From assembly GCA_035764525.1 (NCBI GenBank), contig DASTZB010000250.1:1-59824 (forward strand): a stretch of DNA of 59,824 bases, written 5' to 3'. Source of the stretch: Chitinophagaceae bacterium (lineage in GTDB: Bacteria; Bacteroidota; Bacteroidia; Chitinophagales; Chitinophagaceae). A program made the position numbers and the translations under genes. Under the pieces are notes generated by a model, which made no database searches, was not told the DNA's origin, and saw nothing but the letters and a program-made list of their open reading frames with translations. Shown here in pieces: positions 53,977 to 59,824 of the stretch. The first letter of the stretch is position 1; every line of letters begins with the position of its first letter.

Positions 53977-54651
53977 ATGAAAAAAATTAAATTAGTGATG
54001 ACTGTAGCTTTTGTGATAATGGGGTTTATTGCCTGTAAGAACTCTCCTACAATAGCAGAACAAGATGCGATGAATTTAAATAATTATGTTGATTCAGTAG
54101 AAACCCTCACCCCGGTGTATACAGCTGTTTACTTGTCCGAACTGGACAATGGTTACCAGCTAAGACTTAACAAAACGAATGATACAAAAGCTACACTGGA
54201 AGCATCGGATAAAACAAAAGTAGAGGAAAGCGAAGCACAATACGCTGTTTTAAAAAACACTTACGAAATAAAAATCAAAGAGGCGGAAAAAACTGCGGTG
54301 GTCACGACCTCGGATTACAGGCAATCACTAAGAAACAATTTATTTGGAGAAGGTATGATCGGTACCGATATGAGTTTCGGTTTTGCTAATGCCAATAATT
54401 TATTGAGCATCTACAGAAAGTTTGTGAATACGGTTGCGGATAATAGAAATAGTTATAGTCGTGAAGATTGGGATGAAATAAAAGTATTGTACGAGGCATT
54501 AGATACCCGGAAAAATACAGTTGAAAAACAACTTCCCGATGGTGATAATACAAAAATAGCCGGGTTGAAAATAAAGTTCTCTGCTATAAAAGCAACTCAC
54601 AGAGGTGGAACAAAGGGAGAAGAAAATAAAGCAGCAAAAGAAAAAGCATAA
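53977..54651 (+). CDS. Hypothetical lipoprotein
   Basis: 224 aa ORF with a signal peptide and lipobox (VIMGFIAC). The mature part is helical and charged. No family is recognised. Confidence 0.6.
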   Translation: MKKIKLVMTVAFVIMGFIACKNSPTIAEQDAMNLNNYVDSVETLTPVYTAVYLSELDNGYQLRLNKTNDTKATLEASDKTKVEESEAQYAVLKNTYEIKIKEAEKTAVVTTSDYRQSLRNNLFGEGMIGTDMSFGFANANNLLSIYRKFVNTVADNRNSYSREDWDEIKVLYEALDTRKNTVEKQLPDGDNTKIAGLKIKFSAIKATHRGGTKGEENKAAKEKA

Positions 54652-54760
54652 GAATATTTGTTATCGTAATCGTTTGCAGGGGTGGTGATGAACCCAGCAG
54701 CAATTAACGATAACTATTGTATTCACATTTTTTATCCTTCTGTAAATCGAAAGGAAAACA

Positions 54761-54798
54761 TGTGAATGATGTAAGTTTTTTCCATAGTTATATAACAC
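54761..54798 (+). promoter_or_regulatory. Shared 38-bp promoter motif, copy e (upstream of the TSP3/OmpA gene)
   Basis: Sequence: TGTGAATGATGTAAGTTTTTTCCATAGTTATATAACAC. A CTTTG lies at 54821-54825. The motif ends 65 nt before the ATG at 54864. Confidence 0.55.
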
Positions 54799-54863
54799 TT
54801 ACCATTACAGATACACCAACCTTTGTAGTTATTAATTTTTTCACAAATACTAAAACTGATATT

Positions 54864-55928
54864 ATGTATTTTATAAAAATTGCAAGGCTATTTAGTGTTA
54901 TAGTTCTTGTGGCTGTGTGTTTGCCTGTGTATTCACAATCCGAGACACCTTCAAAATTTGAAATGAAAAAAGATGGTGATGGCGATGGCGTTAAAAACAA
55001 AAGAGATAAATGTGCTTCCACTCCGCCTGGGGTCGCTGTAGATGGCACCGGTTGCCCGGTTGATACTGATAAAGATGGTGTAGCAGATTATTTAGATAAG
55101 TGTCCTTCTGTACCAGGTGCAGCAGGTATGAATGGCTGCCAGGATAAAGATAAAGATGGCGTAAGTGATAATAATGATCTATGTCCCGATGTGCCAGGTG
55201 ATGCAAGATTTAAAGGTTGCCCTGATAGTGATGGTGATGGCATAGAAGATTCAAAAGACAAATGCCCGAATGCAAAAGGATCTGATATATTCATGGGTTG
55301 TCCTGATACAGACAAAGATGGTGTACAGGATGCAAATGATAAATGTGCAGACACTAAAATTGGAGTTAAAGTAGATGCAAACGGATGTCCTGCTGATACA
55401 GATAAAGATGGTATCCTTGATGCCGATGATAAATGTCCTGATACAAAAATGGGAGATAAAGTAAATGCAACAGGATGTCCTGCTGATACAGATGGAGATG
55501 GTGTATTGGATGCAGACGATAAATGTCCTGGCGTGATAGGTGATGCAGGTAATTACGGATGCCCAATTGCAAAAAAAGAGACTCCAAAAAGGTTAGAGTT
55601 TGCTACACGTAAGATTAGTTTTGAAAAAGGAAACGCATTATTAAAAACTAGTTCTTATCCAATGCTCGATGAAATAGCCAATATCCTGAAAGAGTATCCG
55701 GACTATAACGTAAGAATAGGTGGCCATGCAGATGGAATTGAGAAAAACCCAACTACTATTTCCGAAAGCCGTGCAGAAGCAGTAAAATCATATTTGTTGA
55801 GTAAAGGTGTGGCTGATAGCAGAACTGCAACAACCGGATTTAGTAAAACAAGACCTGCTGCTTCAAACGCAAACGAAACCGGCAGAGGACAAAACAGGAG
55901 AGTTGAATTAGAATTGTATGTAAGATAA
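54864..55928 (+). CDS. OmpA-family protein with thrombospondin type-3 (calcium-binding) repeats
   Basis: I prefer the ATG at 54864 (MYFIKIARLFSVIVLVAVCLPVYSQ, a signal peptide) over the track start at 54717, which would read through motif copy e. The protein has repeated D.D.DG..D..D.CP units. The C-terminal OmpA domain reads ISFEKGNA...IGGHAD...SESRAEAVKSYL...GFSKTRP...GRGQNRRVEL. Confidence 0.85.
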   Translation: MYFIKIARLFSVIVLVAVCLPVYSQSETPSKFEMKKDGDGDGVKNKRDKCASTPPGVAVDGTGCPVDTDKDGVADYLDKCPSVPGAAGMNGCQDKDKDGVSDNNDLCPDVPGDARFKGCPDSDGDGIEDSKDKCPNAKGSDIFMGCPDTDKDGVQDANDKCADTKIGVKVDANGCPADTDKDGILDADDKCPDTKMGDKVNATGCPADTDGDGVLDADDKCPGVIGDAGNYGCPIAKKETPKRLEFATRKISFEKGNALLKTSSYPMLDEIANILKEYPDYNVRIGGHADGIEKNPTTISESRAEAVKSYLLSKGVADSRTATTGFSKTRPAASNANETGRGQNRRVELELYVR

Positions 55929-55970
55929 GGAACAGCTCCATTCATAAAATTATGTATACCCATGAAACTT

Positions 55971-55998
55971 ATAACCACTGGTAATAATCAGTGGTTAT
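55971..55998. terminator. Perfect 10-bp hairpin between convergent genes (candidate bidirectional terminator)
   Basis: The stem ataaccactg / cagtggttat has an 8-nt loop (gtaataat). It overlaps the stop codon of the antiporter gene (55995-55997) and lies 43 nt after the OmpA-family stop. Confidence 0.5.
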
Positions 55999-57632
55999 TC
56001 TTCTTTCGGAACTTTCAGTTCTAATTTCAGTTCATCAATATCCATTTCCCGTTCTACTCTTTTGATAGCCTCATCACTAAACTCACCTTCTTTGTGAATC
56101 TTTATCAATAACTCTCTTTTAAATTTACTGATCTCTAATTGGGCATTTACGAGATCATTGGGCGGTGGTGCTTTTATTTCTTCATCACTATGTTTTGCTT
56201 TTTTCTGACGCTTAATTTCTTTTGTGAGATCATTGATCTTTTGTTCATACCTCTTTTTTAGTTGCTCCTGTAATTTATTATCCAACTCCATAGGAAAGTC
56301 CTGCTCAATAAAACTAAGTGTATTGGTGGCAAGATATAATTGCAATTCTTTTTCTTCTTCTATGGTATTGTCCTGTGGCTTTATTTTTAACCAGCGTATT
56401 AACAACGGAAGAGAAAGTCCCTGCACCACCAGTGTTACAAAAATGACAACAAAAGCAAGAAATATGATGGAATTTCTTTTAGGAAAAGCTGTTCCATTTT
56501 CTAAAACCAATGGCAATGCCAGCGCTGCGGCCAATGATATCACTCCTCTTGTTCCTGTCCACGCAACTACCAATACATTTTTCCAGGTACTGTCCTGGTT
56601 GTCGCTCGCAGACACCTTGTCTTTTTTCTTTATTTTTTTCTGAAAAAAAGTTTGAGAAGAAACGCCGGCAAAAACCCAGATAATGCGGACGACAATCGTA
56701 ACTGCGCTGATGAGTAAACCATAACCAAGTATCTGGGAGAAAGGATAATTACCAAGGCCTTTAATGATTGAAGGCAATTGAAGCCCGATAAGGATAAACA
56801 CAAAGCCATGTAATAAAAAAACCAGTGTTTCCCATAACCCTCTTATCCTCATTCTTGCCCGGTAAGAAAAAACTTCCGGTGATCTCCATGATACAACCAA
56901 GCCGGTGGTTACTACGGCAAGCACACCAGACATATGGAACTGCTCCGCTGCCAGGTAAGATACATAAGGAGAAAGCAGTGTAAGACTCGTTTCAACAACA
57001 ACGTTATCTTCTATTTTTTTATGAGCAAGTACAAACAGGTAACCGACCACGAATCCAATGATGATTCCTACACCCGCCACTAACAGGAACTGAAGACCAG
57101 CTTTCCAGAAAATAAAGGTTCCTGTTGTTACAGCCATTACTGCATAGCGATAAGCGATCAAAGCAGATGCATCATTCACAAGACTTTCACCTTCCAATAT
57201 CGTGATCACTTTTTTATTAAGTCCCAAACCTTTTATGATACCTGAGGCCGCCACTGCATCAGGTGGAGAAACAACAGCTCCTAATACAAAAGCCAACGGC
57301 CAGCTAAAACCCGGAATAAGATAGTGGGCTGTAATTGCCACCGCTACAGTCGTAAAAAAAACTAATGTAATGGCTAAAGCAGATATTGGTCGTATTGCTG
57401 TTCTGAATTCGTGCCATGAAGTTTTAGAAGCGGCATCATATAAAAGCGGCGGAAGAATTATAAGAAAAACGACATCGGGATCCAATGCAAGGTTTGGTAA
57501 TTGTGGTACAAACCCAATGATCAACCCCGCAGCAACTAACAAAATTGGAAATGGAAATTTCTTTTTATTAACGATCGCCGTCAGGCTGATCAGGATAGCC
57601 ATTAAAAAAACAACAATTTTGAAATCTTCCAT
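55995..57632 (-). CDS. Na+/H+ antiporter (CPA1 family)
   Basis: 545 aa ORF. The N-terminal approximately 400 aa are polytopic, with typical segments (ILEGESLVNDASALIAYRYAV, VVAWTGTRGVISLAAAL). A charged cytoplasmic C-terminal tail follows. Confidence 0.85.
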   Translation of the reverse strand: MEDFKIVVFLMAILISLTAIVNKKKFPFPILLVAAGLIIGFVPQLPNLALDPDVVFLIILPPLLYDAASKTSWHEFRTAIRPISALAITLVFFTTVAVAITAHYLIPGFSWPLAFVLGAVVSPPDAVAASGIIKGLGLNKKVITILEGESLVNDASALIAYRYAVMAVTTGTFIFWKAGLQFLLVAGVGIIIGFVVGYLFVLAHKKIEDNVVVETSLTLLSPYVSYLAAEQFHMSGVLAVVTTGLVVSWRSPEVFSYRARMRIRGLWETLVFLLHGFVFILIGLQLPSIIKGLGNYPFSQILGYGLLISAVTIVVRIIWVFAGVSSQTFFQKKIKKKDKVSASDNQDSTWKNVLVVAWTGTRGVISLAAALALPLVLENGTAFPKRNSIIFLAFVVIFVTLVVQGLSLPLLIRWLKIKPQDNTIEEEKELQLYLATNTLSFIEQDFPMELDNKLQEQLKKRYEQKINDLTKEIKRQKKAKHSDEEIKAPPPNDLVNAQLEISKFKRELLIKIHKEGEFSDEAIKRVEREMDIDELKLELKVPKEE

Positions 57633-57701
57633 AACTTTTCAGACTGTGTAAGCAAGAAATATTGTAGAACAAATACCTGACCAAGTACCAAGCCTGGTAA
57701 A

Positions 57702-59186
57702 TTACACTTTTATCAACAATGGTAATAAGAACCAACAGAAAAGTGTTATCAATACTATAGCAACAAGATTTATTACAAACCCTGCTTTCATCATTTCTTT
57801 AATTTTTATATGACCGCTTGCAAATACGATCGCATTGGGTGGCGTACCCATTGGCATCATACTGGCACAACTAGCCGCCAGTGTCATAGCAATACCAAGT
57901 ATCAATGGATTCATGCCCACAGCATTGGCGAGGCTGCATACTACCGGTGAAAAAACAATTACTTGTGCAATATTACTCATCACTTCGCTTATAAAAAGCG
58001 AAATGATCGTTACCATTAATAAAAGTGTAAAACCTCCACCGGCAAATTGCGATAACCAATCTCCCAAATTTTTTATAAGCCCTGTTTTTTCTAATGAGCT
58101 GGCTAATGCTAATCCGCCACCAAAGAGTAATAATATTCCCCATGCCATTTTCTTTGTATCACCCCATTCCAACAAGCTACCTTGAAAATCATGTCCTTCG
58201 ATTTCATCGGTGTGACCAGGATCTTTGAAATTTCCCGAAGGAAAAATAAATAAAGAGACAGCACCGATCAGTGCAATGATATTATCATCAAGTTTTACGA
58301 GGTCCTGAGATTGATTTAAAATATCCTTGAATATCCAAAGCAAAGCAGTACCAGAAAAAATTATCAACACTCGTATTTCAGGAACTGAAATGCGGCCAAG
58401 ACTATTATATTCATCATAAATAAATTTCTTCGCTGCATCATTGGAACGTATATGATTTGGAAAAAGAATTCTTGTTAGTACAAAGTACAAGGTGATCATT
58501 AGCAATAATGCAATGGGCATACACAACAACATCCAATCAACAAATTCAATATTTGTTTTGTATGTTTTTTCGTAATAGCCAACAAAAGCTACATTCGGCG
58601 GTGTGCCGATTATTGTCCCGATGCCACCAAAATTGGATGCATATGCGATCGAAAGCATTAATGAAAGATTAAAATGCCGGCGATTCCCCGCTCCGCCTCC
58701 TTCTTTTATCACATGAATAACCGATAATGCGATCGGGAACATCATCATTGTTGTGGCTGTATTACTGATCCACATGCTGATGAAACCTGTAGCAAGAATA
58801 AATCCCAGTATTATTCGATTGCCGCTTGTGCCTGTAATTTTCACGATACCCAATGCTATGCGACGATGCAAGTTCCATTTTTCAATTGCCAACCCCAGCA
58901 TGAATCCCCCCATAAAAAGAAAGATGACAGGGTCAGTATAATTGGAAGCAACACTTTTAATGTCGGCAATATGTAAAATTTGAAATAAGATCAGCGGCAA
59001 CAGAGCAACAACCGGCATAGGCAGTGCTTCTGTTACCCACCAGGTGATCATTAATACTGCTATGGATAAAACGATAGAAGCATTCTGTCCAACAGAAAAA
59101 GGATTGACAAAATAAAAAAACAGGGCAATCGCAATGCCCGTAAACAATGAAAGGAATTTGTATTGTTGTTTGGAAAGTTTTCGCAA
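57702..59186 (-). CDS. DASS/SLC13-family anion:sodium symporter (sulfate/di- or tricarboxylate type)
   Basis: 494 aa polytopic ORF. Both halves carry the conserved hairpin motifs (SNFGGIGTIIGTPPN and ASCASMMPMGTPPN). The start codon is TTG. Confidence 0.8.
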   Translation of the reverse strand: MRKLSKQQYKFLSLFTGIAIALFFYFVNPFSVGQNASIVLSIAVLMITWWVTEALPMPVVALLPLILFQILHIADIKSVASNYTDPVIFLFMGGFMLGLAIEKWNLHRRIALGIVKITGTSGNRIILGFILATGFISMWISNTATTMMMFPIALSVIHVIKEGGGAGNRRHFNLSLMLSIAYASNFGGIGTIIGTPPNVAFVGYYEKTYKTNIEFVDWMLLCMPIALLLMITLYFVLTRILFPNHIRSNDAAKKFIYDEYNSLGRISVPEIRVLIIFSGTALLWIFKDILNQSQDLVKLDDNIIALIGAVSLFIFPSGNFKDPGHTDEIEGHDFQGSLLEWGDTKKMAWGILLLFGGGLALASSLEKTGLIKNLGDWLSQFAGGGFTLLLMVTIISLFISEVMSNIAQVIVFSPVVCSLANAVGMNPLILGIAMTLAASCASMMPMGTPPNAIVFASGHIKIKEMMKAGFVINLVAIVLITLFCWFLLPLLIKV

Positions 59187-59214
59187 GTGATCAATTTATC
59201 AGGGAAAATACAAT

Positions 59215-59823
59215 CTATTTTGGTTTTCCGCTAACAAAGGGGTTTCCTTTTATATAGAACCTGTAGGGCAGGCTTGCATCATCGCCGGCATAATCCACAC
59301 CAATCCTTGGTGACGAAACAGCATCTTTTTTATTCAAAACAAAATTATCTTCTGCTATAAAAAGATCTTTGCTTAATAATGAGTGACCACTATGATGTTT
59401 GAAAGAAATTCCTAAAGCCTTAGAAACATTTCCCGGACCTCTCGTTAATGTATGATCCAATTGTTTTTTATTGGTTCTTTCCAACATTACATCAATCCCT
59501 TTCAATGGTTCTAAAGCCCGGATAAGAATTGCATGGGGAGTTTCCTGCCCGTTTGTAACTACATTAAATAAATGATGAATGCCATAACACAAATAAACAT
59601 AAGCTACTCCTCCTTTACCATACATTACCTCATTCCGGTTTGTTCTTCTTCCTCCCGATGCGTGTGATGCTTTATCGATAACACCGTTATATGCTTCTAC
59701 CTCTACTATGCGACCAGAAGTTTCTATACCATTCCATTTTGTCACCAATATCTTTCCTAATAACTCTTTAGCTATTTGTAAAACATTGGTTCGTTGATAA
59801 AACTCTATCCCTAATTTCCTCAT
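59215..59823 (-). CDS. DNA-3-methyladenine glycosylase (AAG/Mpg family)
   Basis: 202 aa ORF. Motifs: GRIVEVEAY, ASHASGGRRTNRNEVMYGKGGVAYVYLCYGIHHLFNVVT and ILIRALEP. The ATG is at 59823-59821, one base inside the window end. Confidence 0.88.
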   Translation of the reverse strand: MRKLGIEFYQRTNVLQIAKELLGKILVTKWNGIETSGRIVEVEAYNGVIDKASHASGGRRTNRNEVMYGKGGVAYVYLCYGIHHLFNVVTNGQETPHAILIRALEPLKGIDVMLERTNKKQLDHTLTRGPGNVSKALGISFKHHSGHSLLSKDLFIAEDNFVLNKKDAVSSPRIGVDYAGDDASLPYRFYIKGNPFVSGKPK

Positions 59824-59824
59824 A

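Noticed and set aside
54717-54863. The upstream extension of the TSP3/OmpA ORF (MYSHFLSFCKSKGKHVNDVSFF...).
   Set aside because: It would be translated through promoter motif copy e. It would also place about 49 residues in front of an otherwise typical signal peptide that begins at the ATG at 54864.
1-59824. Looked for mobile-element or defence signatures that might explain the paralogue array. These included transposase, integrase or recombinase genes, inverted terminal repeats, a reverse transcriptase (DGR or retron), and toxin-antitoxin pairs.
   Set aside because: No ORF shows such motifs, and no flanking inverted or direct repeats bracket the array. Diversification seems to rely on ordinary duplication and recombination rather than a dedicated machinery within this window.

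Overview
AT-rich, Bacteroidota-type chromosomal window. This is supported by a T9SS PorP/SprF gene, many lipoprotein and OmpA-type envelope genes, and frequent TTG starts. No rRNA, tRNA, CRISPR array, transposase or integrase was recognised.

(1) Positions 1-35,940 form one co-directional, tightly packed minus-strand array of 11 paralogous sensor histidine kinase genes. Several junctions have overlapping or near-abutting stop and start codons. All 11 carry an almost identical DHp/HATPase cassette ([32 protein letters not shown] ... DNGNGIP ... GQGTGLGLS). There is no receiver or HPt domain anywhere in these 36 kb.
- Eight kinases have the layout signal peptide, TPR, single TM helix, kinase. 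One of them also has a canonical GAF domain.
- Three are giant soluble proteins of 1823, 1552 and about 3068 aa. They are built from 6, 6 and 14 tandem copies of a module of about 187 aa (about 560 nt).
- Each module is a near-invariant helical connector (RFLDLQKAEAQAREAQIEAALERVRARTMAMH.S.EL) plus a variable core that looks GAF-like. I do not recognise the connector as a named family.
- This modular kinase array is the main candidate for an undescribed system.

(2) Positions 36-40 kb hold housekeeping-type genes: an ATP-grasp ligase-like gene, an internally shortened AnmK-like gene, upp, and PorP/SprF.

(3) Positions 40.7-55.9 kb form an envelope/stress-like island.
- Gene content: CsbD-like, cupin, M48 peptidase, OmpA-family proteins, a beta-barrel protein, small membrane proteins, an alpha/beta hydrolase, the MlaEFD transporter, two paralogous AraC regulators with an HMA-like N-terminal domain, and a hybrid kinase plus response regulator.
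- Eight promoters, plus one weak copy, carry the same rigid 38-bp motif TGTGAAT-N2-TGTAAC-N15-TRTAACA. This defines a putative regulon.

(4) Positions 56-59.8 kb encode a Na+/H+ antiporter, a DASS-family transporter and a 3-methyladenine DNA glycosylase.
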